Shown here: one piece after another, positions 9,531-19,665 of the stretch
How positions within the stretch are numbered: the first letter of the stretch is position 1
Layout: each line of letters begins with the position of its first letter
Source of the DNA: Octopus sinensis
Taxonomy: Eukaryota
Assembly: GCF_006345805.1 (NCBI RefSeq)
Contig: NW_021836681.1
Span: 1-21,323, forward strand
Reading direction: 5' to 3'
DNA: 21,323 bases
Notes under the pieces: model-generated
The model's database searches: none
Told to the model about the DNA's origin: nothing
Seen by the model: the letters and a program-made list of their open reading frames with translations, nothing else
Translations under genes and position numbers: made by a program

Positions 9531-9900
9531 ATACATAATATATATGTATATACATATAATATATATATATGTATATACATATATATTTATATATTATATA
9601 TATATATATAGATATGTATATACAATATATATAACACATATATATATATACACATACATATATATGCACACATATATATATATATACACATATTACACAC
9701 TATATATACATACACATATATACATACACACACGCATACATATCTATATACACACACATATATATAGTATGTATAAACGTATACATAGCCAATCATATAC
9801 GTATACACGCTCAATTACTCCACTATGCATACACATACTCTTACTCCCTATCACAATATCATACACACACACACACACATATCGAAAAGGGTATATATAG
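9497..9900. repeat. (AT)n/(AC)n microsatellite tract
   Basis: Read directly from the sequence. Confidence 0.9.
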
Positions 9901-10240
9901 ATCACGCGCAAACGCACACATGCGCTCATTCCCCAGCACCGTATATATACGTCCAAACATTACAACTGAAAGAATTCAACACCCCTTGAAGCAATTATGA
10001 AGCAATTTAGCTGTAATCTGTATTTTTTGTTTTTTAACTCTCATGTTACACAACTTTTCAAACTGGTTTTATGCTTGTCTTTGTGTTGTTTTTAGTTTTT
10101 GCTTTTAATGGTACGTCAGAGTGAAAAAAAATATTAAAAAGCATTCATTGTAGTATTTTCATACACCCTTTTGTATTTCAGTTTCGAACCTCAGCGAGAT
10201 CACTGTTACCAATCTGGGACCCATCGTATTATCGGGTACC

Positions 10241-10656
10241 TATTTCTTTACTACCCACAAGGGGCTAAACACAGAGAGAACAAATAAGGACAGACAAATG
10301 GAATAAATCGATTACATCGACCCCAGTGCGTAACTAGTACTTAATTTATCGACCCCGAAAAGAGGAAAGGCAAAGTCGACCTCGGTGGAATTTGAACTCA
10401 GAACGCAAAGACAGACGAAATACCTATTTCTTTACTACCCACAAAGGGCTAAACACAGAGAGAACAAACAAGGACAGACAAACGGATTAAATCGATTACA
10501 TCGACCCCAGTGCGTAACTGGTACTTAATTTATCGACCCTGAAAGGATGAAAGGCAAAGTCGACCTCGGCGGAATTTGAACTCGGAACGTAACGGCAGAC
10601 GAAATACGGCTACGCATTTCGTCCGGCGTGCTAACGTTTCTGCCAGCTCGCCGCCT
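10241..10656 (-). mobile_element. SINE family B head-to-tail dimer (one full unit plus one unit lacking the head 5' part), 184-nt period, with a probable 14-bp TSD
   Basis: TACCTATTTCTTTACTACCCACAA occurs at 10237 and 10421. The head reads AGGCGGCGAGCTGGCAGAAACG...GAGTTCAAATTCC (A/B-box-like). The body CCTTTCATCCTTTC.GGGTCGATAAATTAAGTACCAG resembles the Nin/Deu SINE domain (recall). Flanks are TATTATCGGGTACC (10227-10240) and TATTGTCGGGTACC (10662-10675). Confidence 0.9.
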
Positions 10657-10697
10657 TGTCATATTGTCGGGTACCACGTCATGCCTTTGAGATATTC

Positions 10698-11150
10698 ATC
10701 TACAGCCTGTTATTCTCTGTTTCCAGGAGTTCGTTTGTTAAACTCCCCACTTCCCTCTGCATTATGCTGTATGAAAACAATCTGATGCTTCCAGTTCATT
10801 CTCAGATGATGTCTGTTCACAAACGTCTTTTACGACATTTTCCTCTCTTCCTTTCGAAACTTCCTGTAGGAATGGTCCCGGAACAATGACTTGTAGCGCA
10901 TTGTATGTCCAAATATACTAGTTTTGTGAGATTGATTCTCGACAATAGACGTGCAGCTTTTCTAGTACTGCAGCATTTGTTATTCTGTTTTAGCAGGTTA
11001 ACCTGCTAAATCCACGGAGATCAGTAACTCAAAAGCTTCTGTCTTCATATCTATTATTGCGTACATAGACCAAGTTTCTGCCTTGTAGGGGAAAACTGGC
11101 ATAACATAACACTTTACTAGCCTGAATTTTAGGTGTAGTTTTGTCTTTTG
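10698..11150 (-). pseudogene. Decayed RTE-clade LINE C-terminal fragment
   Basis: Across frameshifts it reads FRLVKCYVMPVFPYKAETW..EAFEL..ITNAAVLEKL..KLVYFGHTMRY..FRTIPTGSFERKRGKCRKRRL.TDII.E.TG, matching the RTE post-RT pattern LLY-G-ETW...FGH...G-KRGRGR. Confidence 0.8.
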
Positions 11151-11334
11151 AGGTGAAGAAAGACCTTTATGAATATCCCTCTGTATGACAAGATCAGAAA
11201 TGAGAACCTCCAGCGTGCTGGACTGCTTTCTATGATGGAAATCCTCGTTGATAGGAATTAACTTTGCTTGGGTCACGTACACAGGATGAACAACAGAAGA
11301 CTCCTCAGACAATTTCATTATTCTTAACTATGCA

Positions 11335-11480
11335 AGAGTAAAATAACCACGGAAAAAAACCTAGATTGAGATTCGAAGATACTGCAAAAAGAATATGAAG
11401 CGCAAAGGAACAGAAGATCGTAAATGGTAAACTGAAGCGAAAAACCGAACAGAATGGTAAAAACTTATCAAGTCATGCCA
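11335..11480 (+). pseudogene. Second decayed RTE-like LINE 3' fragment
   Basis: PR.KPRLRFEDTAK..MKRKGTEDRKW*TEAKNRTEW*KLIKSC resembles the RTE terminal pattern RGRP-LRW-D---RDM...A-DR--W. Confidence 0.6.
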
Positions 11481-11518
11481 AAGCCACGAACAGTTATAGT
11501 CGCGACACCAGAATGCAA

Positions 11519-11705
11519 ATAATAATAATAATACTTTCTACAGGGATAGAGGTTAAATCGATTACATCGACCCCAGTACTCAACTGGTACTTATTGTATC
11601 GACACCGAAAGGACGGAAGGAAAAGTCAACCCCGGCGGAATTTGAACTCAGAATGCGAAGACAGGCAAAATGCCGGCGTGCTAATGATTTTGCCAGTTCG
11701 CCACC

Positions 11706-11707
<2 letters not shown>
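11519..11707 (-). mobile_element. SINE family B-related copy with an (ATT)n tail
   Basis: ATCGATTACATCGACCCCAG...CTGGTACTTATT.TATCGAC.CCGAAAGG...GGCGGAATTTGAACTCAGAA...GCCAGTTCGCCACCTT. Confidence 0.88.

Positions 11708-11785
<78 letters not shown>
11708..11785. repeat. (AAT)26, likely the expanded tail of the adjacent SINE
   Basis: 78 nt of perfect AAT. Confidence 0.97.
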
Positions 11786-11918
11786 CTTTTCTACTCTAGG
11801 TAGAAGGCCCGAAGATTTTGGGGAGGGGTGCAGTCGATTAGATCGACTCCAGTACGCAACTGGTACTTAGATTATCGAGCCCGAAAGAATGAAAGTCAAA
11901 GTCGACCTCGGCGGAATT
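11786..11918 (-). mobile_element. SINE family B-related copy, headless
   Basis: GTCGATTAGATCGACTCCAG...AACTGGTACTTAG...CCCGAAAGAATGAAAGTCAAAGTCGACCTCGGCGGAATT. Confidence 0.85.
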
Positions 11919-12271
11919 ATTGAATTCATTTCAAACAACTAATACCCTTTACTCAAAATTTTCTTGTTTTGTGTCTATTAGATTCAAGTCGGGATAAATT
12001 TGTCAAAAGAAAATGGTACTGGGGGCAAAAAAAAAAAAATAATTAAACAGCATAAATTATGATAATGAGCTTGTTCTTTTAGGCATAATCCTTCATTTTG
12101 CTAGGAGAATCCGACTTCACTTCACACCTATTCACCTATCTCAATGGTTGTAACAAGGATGCATGGGAACCACTGTTGACAATATGCGTGTACGTGTGTG
12201 TGTGTGTATGCATGAATGTATTACGTGCGTATTATATATTTATATATATACGTGTATATATATATATATAT

Positions 12272-13041
12272 ATATATTAATAAATGAAATAAAACATATG
12301 CATATATATAAACATATATGTACGTACCTACCTCTACATGTACATATACACGCATATATGAGTACAGGACACCAAAGGGACGTCGAACACAAAGAGAAAC
12401 GAAAACATAGACACAAACCAAAGGAACTGGACATTTTTTTAAAAACAACAAAAAAATGGAGTACAGGACAATTAACACAACGAAAAAAAAACCCTTCTTC
12501 AGTCGCTAAGGTTTCATCTACTCTACGTTTCGAAGGATAAAAGCGAGACGTATCTTCGACAAGAAACTTTCCTTCCTGCGAAAAGCAAATCAATTAAAAT
12601 TCTGAGATCTTTTCGCAGAGGGGTAAAAAATGGTAAAAAAATGGTAAAAAAACAGGACAGTAACGACAGTACAAAAATATAAACAGTAAAAAAATAAACA
12701 GTAAAAAATATATATGTGGACGACGGGAAGGGGGGAGGAGGAGCAAGAGGAAGGGAGAGAAGAAGGGGAATGGCTGCGAGGAGACCATGAAGAATTGTGA
12801 GGGGTAGAGAGAGAGTGAAGAATGAGAGAGAGAGGAAGAGACAAGTTAAGTGGGGGAAAAAGAAAATCAAAGAATAGGGATGGGACAGAAAGGTGAAGAG
12901 TGCGCGTGAGAGTTAATATCAAGACAAAAACTTGATATAGAGAACAATCTTACTTAAGAGGGTGCGTGCGTTTAGTCATATAATATATTAATAAATGAAA
13001 TAAAACATAGCATATATATAAACATATATGTACGTACCTAC
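12272..13041. mobile_element. 651-bp insert (12332-12982) flanked by 60/59-bp direct repeats
   Basis: ATATATTAATAAATGAAATAAAACATA(T)GCATATATATAAACATATATGTACGTACCTAC occurs at 12272-12331 and 12983-13041 with one indel difference. The identity of the insert is uncertain. Confidence 0.75.
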
Positions 13042-13560
13042 TATATATATATATATATATACATATATGTGTATATATACATATATGTATACATATATGT
13101 GTATATATACGTCTTAGCTTGTTGTGTATAAAGATTAGACACTTGTTTATTTACATATATACATATATACACATAATATATACATACATGTATATACATT
13201 ATAGACATGTGTATACATATAAGTGTGCATATATTATATATATGTATATATAGATGCATGCATGATATATACATACATACATTCATATATATACATATAC
13301 ACACACAGCCATATGAATTTTTTCGTCAGTTTAACGACCCTCTTAATTTTTATTAAATAAAGCAATCTGTCTGCTCCCTTTCAAACTTCACAGCCCACCC
13401 CAATGAATCTAGTGAGACCCTCCCCCTTACGATATCCCTCTCCCCTTGGTGTGAATAACATTGATATAAGACAGTTAAACACCATGTCCCATTTGCGAAT
13501 ATAAAACTTCTAAACCTTCAGACTTGCAATTAAAAAATACTTCCCGCAATATATCACGTC

Positions 13561-14250
13561 GCCTAGAACAGAGCTTCCCAAGATTTTTCACGTTGGCAAC
13601 CGACACACTTTTTAAAAATAAAATATTTCGTGGCACATAAAGTAAGTTTCGTTAACGATTAAATATCAAATCAACTTCTTTCAGTCACGTGTCTTAATTG
13701 CATACAGAGTTTGTCAGATTTCAAGTATATTTCACAGCCACATTTTCGTAAAAGAAAAAAAAAATGATTATTTTTGACTTAATTGTGTAACATATCTACA
13801 GATTATCGCTGACACAGTGTGGCAAACCGTGCCCTACGGTTACAACGGGTCACCTCGTTTTTACCTCTTAACATAGCTGCATACATTTATTAAACACTTA
13901 GCGGGATATATTACATAGCCTAGAGCAGAGCTTTCCAACATTTTTACATTGGCGACACACTTTTTTAAAAATAAAAGTTTTCGCGACATTAATTAGGCAT
14001 TTTTTAGCGATCAAATATTTCATCATCTGTTTCTAGTCACGTGTCTAATTGTATATAAAGTCTTTTTTTTTAAATCTCAAATATATTTCATAGCCACATT
14101 TAAAAAAAATGAATTTAATTAGATTTGACTTAATTGCACGGCGCACCTAGAGATAATTGCCGACACAGTTTGGAAAGATCTGGCCTACGGTCACAACAGG
14201 TCACCTCGTTTCTTCATCTTAGCATAGTTGTGTATATAGAATAAACACTT
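13561..14250. repeat. Old tandem duplication, period 357 nt, each unit a hAT-type MITE plus flank
   Basis: The units start GCCTAGA(A/G)CAGAGCTT at 13561 and 13918 and share AGTCACGTGTC, TTTGACTTAATTG, CCTACGGT.ACAAC.GGTCACCTCGTTT and TAAACACTT. Confidence 0.9.
13926..14182. mobile_element. 257-bp hAT-type MITE (sister copy 13569-13831)
   Basis: TIRs are CAGAGCTTTCCAAC and GTTTGGAAAGATCTG. The 8-bp TSD-like flanks are GCCTAGAG (13918-13925) and GCCTACGG (14183-14190). Confidence 0.75.
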
Positions 14251-14542
14251 GTTTCTTTACAAACACAGACATTAGTGCAAAATTAAAGAAACACCCGAAG
14301 GAACATTCCAGAGTTTGATATATATAATAGGGTTAGATTATCGGATTAACATAAATTATATAAAAGCTTCTTACGTATAGAGGCTGATTCAATTTAAATA
14401 ATCTTTATATATATATATATAAATAAATGAAAGAATGGAGTCGAACGAAGATGTTAACAAAATTCCTTTACTCTCGACATATGTTTCGGTTAAACGAATT
14501 TTCCATGCTGACGATAAACATAGGATAATTCATTCACCTACT

Positions 14543-14580
<38 letters not shown>

Positions 14581-14997
14581 AATTGCTCTGTCGGGACAAC
14601 GTTCTTGATCCCTTTTTCAGATCTTCCGTAACAAGTGAGGGGGAAGAAAGGAAAAGTTATTGCTGGACCAATTCTCTGAAGGCTTGCAAAAAAGTGGACT
14701 CCGTTAAAAAATACCAAAATACCCGCGAGGTTAAACAGGTAGACAAATAGGTTAAACCTAGCATCCAGTAGTTTAATGGTGGGTGGTGGATGTTGTATAC
14801 AGTTACGTCCCTTTACATTCCGAATTTCAAATCCCATCCAGTCCACTATGCTCCATATCTTTCACCTTTCAAAGATCGATCACAGAACTGGGTTTGAGCT
14901 ACGAGGGAGAACCACAACTTGGTTTAACGATATGCTAAACATAAAAGCAAATCTCCCTCAAATATAAAATATTCCGTTTATAAAGTATCCCTGTGCT

Positions 14998-15415
<418 letters not shown>

Positions 15416-15923
15416 ATATGTGTATGACAATTATTTTGTTCCCTAGTGAAACTAATTTATTCCCTCTTCCGATATATGTATACATTTTCACTCCAAACTT
15501 ATGAATGGCGCCGTAAATGGGAGGGCACGAGAGTGTGTCGCGGACGGAGGTGTGGTGTGAGGATTCCTCCCCACCACACCTATCTTACCCTACCCTGCCC
15601 TACCCCACTCCATGACAGTTTCTTACGGCAGGGGGAATGGTGAGGATGTGTGCATCCAACAAGCGACTCAAGAATTAGTCAACTAAGTTAAATGTCAACG
15701 AGGCGTAGGGGGGGAGCGAAAATAGGGTGGGGGGTTGAGAGGATGACGGGGGGGAACAAAACATGCAACTCCTTTGTAGTCGTTCCTTGCTTTCTTCCTT
15801 CCTTCCTTTCATCCCCGTCTCTCTCTCCCTCTCTTTCTCTGCATCCATAATTGCCTCCTTTTCCTTTGTAGATTCGCATCAAACTTCATCTTTACGCAAA
15901 AACCGACAAGGAACTCCCTGTAT

Positions 15924-16022
15924 TAGCGGGTCTTCAAACATTTTTAAAATTCACCTATGGACCCGTTTGATTCCTATTTTATTCGGGTGGACCCTCACAG
16001 CCATTCGATGTCTAAAATCTCC
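15924..16022 (+). mobile_element. Left end of a probable hAT-type MITE, homologous to 3328-3420
   Basis: Alignment by eye to 3328-3420. Confidence 0.5.
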
Positions 16023-16148
16023 TACCATATTTTTATAATTAAAATATTTGGAATTATAATAAAAAATTGTTAAAATATTTTGTATGTTGTAGAAATGCAA
16101 CTCGTTTATTGCACAAATTTTAACAACAAAACTCTATGTGCTCCCGCC

Positions 16149-16208
16149 CAAGGGCCATATGGAGGCCTAAGGGTCATATAGACCACTAAGGGTCATATGA
16201 ACCCCTTA
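16149..16208. repeat. Three tandem 19-bp quasi-palindromic repeats
   Basis: CAAGGGCCATATGGAGGCC / TAAGGGTCATATAGACCAC / TAAGGGTCATATGAACCCC(TTA). Confidence 0.85.
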
Positions 16209-16765
16209 AAGAAGGAAATTTTAGAATCATCTGCCAAAAACCTCCTTTAAACCCCGATTTTACATATTTAAAAAATATAAAAATAGAACACATTTGATGA
16301 TTTAATCATAGATATATCACAAATAAGACGGAGAAGGTCATGGTTGGAAGGTCTCTAATCATAGCCATGACCTGAATAATCACGGCTCATTTGAGGTCTA
16401 AAGAAAAGCAACACCCACACACGCTTATTCACACGCATACATTCATACGTATACATACTCACACCCATACTGGTGCACCCAAGCACGCTTACACTCATAC
16501 GTACACATCAAGACATGCATACACACACACACACACACACACAAATACACATATACATACACATGCACATTGAACAGAAGTCAATGGTGACCCAGGCAGT
16601 GAAAATCAACACCTTGATATAGAGAAGTATTGTTTTATTCGGGGTGGAAATCTACCCAGGTAATACAAGTAGATTTTACGTGCACTCTATAACACTAAAC
16701 AATGTGTTGTTACAGTTCGGATTAATTCGTTCTGTCGAGTGTGTGTGTGTATGTGGTGTGTGTGT

Positions 16766-16815
<50 letters not shown>

Positions 16816-16883
16816 CGATGCGTGCATGTGTGTGGAAATATGTGTGTGTTTTCTCAGTATCTTAGTGAAAATGGTGTTGGATG

Positions 16884-17035
16884 GGCAGAATCGTTTGAGC
16901 GTCCGATAAAATGTGTTTGTCCCCGCTCTTTGCGTTCTGTTTTTCCAATCCCGCTGAGGTTGACTTGTCCGAGGTATCACGCGGTGGGACTGAATCGAAG
17001 ACCACCAGAAGCTTGCTTCCCAACCACATGACCAA
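16884..17035. mobile_element. Fused degenerate SINE heads: family B (+, 16884-16966) joined to family A (-, 16967-17035)
   Basis: GGCAGAATCGTTTGAGCGTCCG...CCCGCTGAGGTTGACTT is followed by GTCCGAGGTATCACGCGGTGGGACTGAA...CTTCCCAACCACA. Confidence 0.65.
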
Positions 17036-17051
17036 CACACGCATATGTGTC

Positions 17052-17052
17052 T

Positions 17053-17120
<68 letters not shown>
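17052..17120. repeat. (AT)n microsatellite
   Basis: Read directly from the sequence. Confidence 0.95.
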
Positions 17121-17125
<5 letters not shown>

Positions 17126-17344
17126 AGTAAGATTCAGTTAAATTAAGTATGCATACATATATATATATATACACATATATACATAAGTAATATTCAGTTA
17201 TCTCAAATATTTAAATTGAGGCACCTCGTTAGGTCGGAATAATACACACACACACACACAGCAATATTACGTAAATATCAAACCTGGTACATAAGTACCG
17301 TCCGAATGTTATTCTTGCAGTGCATGTAGACAATTAGACCCAGC

Positions 17345-17450
17345 TGAGTGAAGCAACCCACTCTTGAACTATTCGGACATGTACATTGTATTAAATATAC
17401 TGTCCATAATATTTACGAAGGGAAGATTCCCAGGAAGGTGAATAAAATAT
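17345..17450 (+). pseudogene. Third decayed RTE-like LINE fragment
   Basis: KQPTLELFGHVHCIKYTVHNIYEGKIPRK resembles the RTE pattern L--FGH---------I-EG-I-GKR. Confidence 0.55.
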
Positions 17451-17524
17451 ATATGAGCAACAGTAGAGACATTCATGTATGTATTTATGTATCTATGTGT
17501 GTATATAACGTTCTCCTTTGGACA

Positions 17525-17760
17525 GAAATTTGCCTGCTATCTCTAGCGGGCCGAATAGCTACTTTATAGCTCCGTCCATGGCTTGGAGTCCCAGTCTTGT
17601 TAATGAAGCTGTTTCCAGAGCTTCATGAAGGATAGTTACAAATAACTGCATCATGTTGCTGAAATTTGCCTGCTATTTCTAGCGCGTCGAACATCTACGT
17701 TAAAAGGTCCCGTCAGTGGCCAGAGCTCCAGTGTTGTTGGCTTGCAAGGGTGTGTAGCAA
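17525..17760. repeat. Diverged tandem pair, period 136 nt
   Basis: GAAATTTGCCTGCTAT(C/T)TCTAGCG occurs at 17525 and 17661, with looser similarity downstream. Confidence 0.6.
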
Positions 17761-18048
17761 GATAGTCACTGAATTAGCGTATCACATAACCTTCTCACTA
17801 TTACTGCACAACTCACTTAACTGGCGTTAATACGAATACAAAGATGCTTTTTGTTTCGCTGGTCTCCATTTTGGTCATACGAGATGGGAGGAACAGGATG
17901 AGGTGATATTGGTGTGGGTGACGGTGGCGGTGGTGGTGGTGGTGATGGTAGTCATGGCGCTGAGGATATATCGTCAGGGAATTGATATTTAGAACAAAAC
18001 ATACGCCAACAGAACAATCAAGAAAACAAGGAATAGATGCAAATATGT

Positions 18049-18447
18049 TCATATATATATATATATAAAGCTGAAGTTGTCCGTGTATGGCAGAATTGGT
18101 AGCCTTCAACTAACACTATCTCCTCCGAGACCCTGCGGCACAAGTTGACCAAAATTGAGAGTATGATAGAAGAAGGCTTGCTCTTCCTTCCATAGAAGGA
18201 AAAAGTTCAGATCGGACCATGTTAACAACAAAAATTATTTACGTCTAAAAGGTGCTTTTTTTCTATGAAAATCCCTACTTTTTACGATTTTTTTTACTGT
18301 TGTGTCGCCATTTTTCGGTGTATTTCAACCAGAAAATTGTTCACTTAAAGAGAATAACAAGGTACATAATGCAAAATTTTTACTTTTCGAAAATTCCAAT
18401 TCCGAAGGGTCGAAACATACCCGAGCAACGCCGGGCGATACTGCTAG
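18049..18447 (+). mobile_element. Non-autonomous Helitron-type element (~400 bp)
   Basis: 5' TC-(AT)n-AAAGCTGAAG. The 3' GC-rich hairpin CCCGAGCAACGCCGGG (18420-18435) ends 8 nt before the terminal CTAG (18444-18447), which is followed by T. No TIR or TSD is seen. Confidence 0.72.
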
Positions 18448-18521
18448 TATATATATATATATATAAGCATTTATATATATATACGTATATAAATAAAAAT
18501 ACATATCTCTTTTCTCTTTCT

Positions 18522-18914
18522 CTTTCACTTGTTTTAGTCATTTGACTGTGACCATGCTGGAGCACCGCCTTTAGTCGAGCAAATCGACCCCAGGACTTAG
18601 TTTTTGGAAGCCCAGTACTTATTCTATCGGCCTCTATTGCCGAACTGTTAAGTTACGGGGACATAAACACACCAGCATCGGTTGTCAGGCGATGTTGGGG
18701 GGACAAACACAGACACGAAAACATATAAAGACACATACATATATATATATACGACAGGCTTCTTTCAGTTTCCGTCTACCAAATTCACTCAGAAGGCTTT
18801 GGTCGGCCCGAGGCTATAGTAGAAGACACTTGCCCAAGGCGTCACGCAGTGGGACTGAACCCGGAACCATGCGGCTGGTAAAGAAGCTACTTATCACACA
18901 GGCACTCCTACGCC
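18522..18914 (-). mobile_element. Full-length SINE family A copy (best reference in the window)
   Basis: Head GGCGTAGGAGTGCCTGTGTGATAAG...GGTTCAGTCCC, internal microsatellite, central domain and tail are all present. Confidence 0.93.
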
Positions 18915-19235
18915 TATATACACACACACATACACATAGACACATATATGTATATATGAACGTATTATATATGTATATGTGTGGGGGGTGTTTGTGTGTA
19001 AAAAATAGAAGCACAAAAGTATGTATGCTTATATATGCAATCGAATCTACTTGGGAGGAAATAAAAGACTGACTGGGCTGACAATGAAACCTAAGAGGCA
19101 TCACTTTACCTTGCGAATGTATAGAGTTTCTACACCCTCAACGAAAAGCAGTATGTTTAGTAAACCGTGTGAGCAGTAAACAAACTAACAGACTTCCGTT
19201 CTCGTTCTCTCTTTCTCACTCTCGCTCGCTGTGTT

Positions 19236-19236
<1 letters not shown>

Positions 19237-19298
<62 letters not shown>

Positions 19299-19300
19299 AT
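19237..19300. repeat. (GT)n microsatellite
   Basis: Read directly from the sequence. Confidence 0.95.
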
Positions 19301-19459
19301 GTGTGTGAATATTTGTACGTACGTATTTATATATATATATGCATGTGTATATGTATGTATTTTTTATATACATGTAAGCACATGCACATATTTGTATGAC
19401 CGTGCACATATGTGCATATGTAATTTCACACACACACACATAGATACATATACAATGCA

Positions 19460-19462
19460 TAT

Positions 19463-19499
<37 letters not shown>

Positions 19500-19596
19500 G
19501 TATATATATATATATATGTATATTATATATGTATATATATATATGTATATTATATATGTATATATATATATGTATATATATATATGTATATATTAA

Positions 19597-19655
<59 letters not shown>

Positions 19656-19665
19656 ATATATCATA
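19460..19665. repeat. (AT)n-rich microsatellite
   Basis: Read directly from the sequence. Confidence 0.95.

Noticed and set aside
10586-10656. tRNA genes at the SINE heads (also 20300-20370)
   Set aside because: A/B boxes are present, but there is no closed cloverleaf and they continue into SINE bodies.
10698-10730. Similarity of the RTE 3' end (GGAAACAGAGAATAACAG) to the SINE-A tail
   Set aside because: Too short and A-rich to support a LINE-SINE partnership.
12492-12536. Intact permuted (type II) hammerhead from CGAAACGTA and CTGAAGAAGGG on the minus strand
   Set aside because: Stem I does not close (G.A at the first pair) and stem II needs a bulge.
14538-14967. ORFs 14538-14846 (-) and 14776-14967 (+), and a possible exon after CCTTTTTCAG at ~14621
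   Set aside because: No recognisable homology, one ORF runs into (AT)n, and the donor choices are ambiguous.
16149-16205. CRISPR-like array
   Set aside because: The repeats are contiguous with no spacers, in eukaryotic context with no cas genes.
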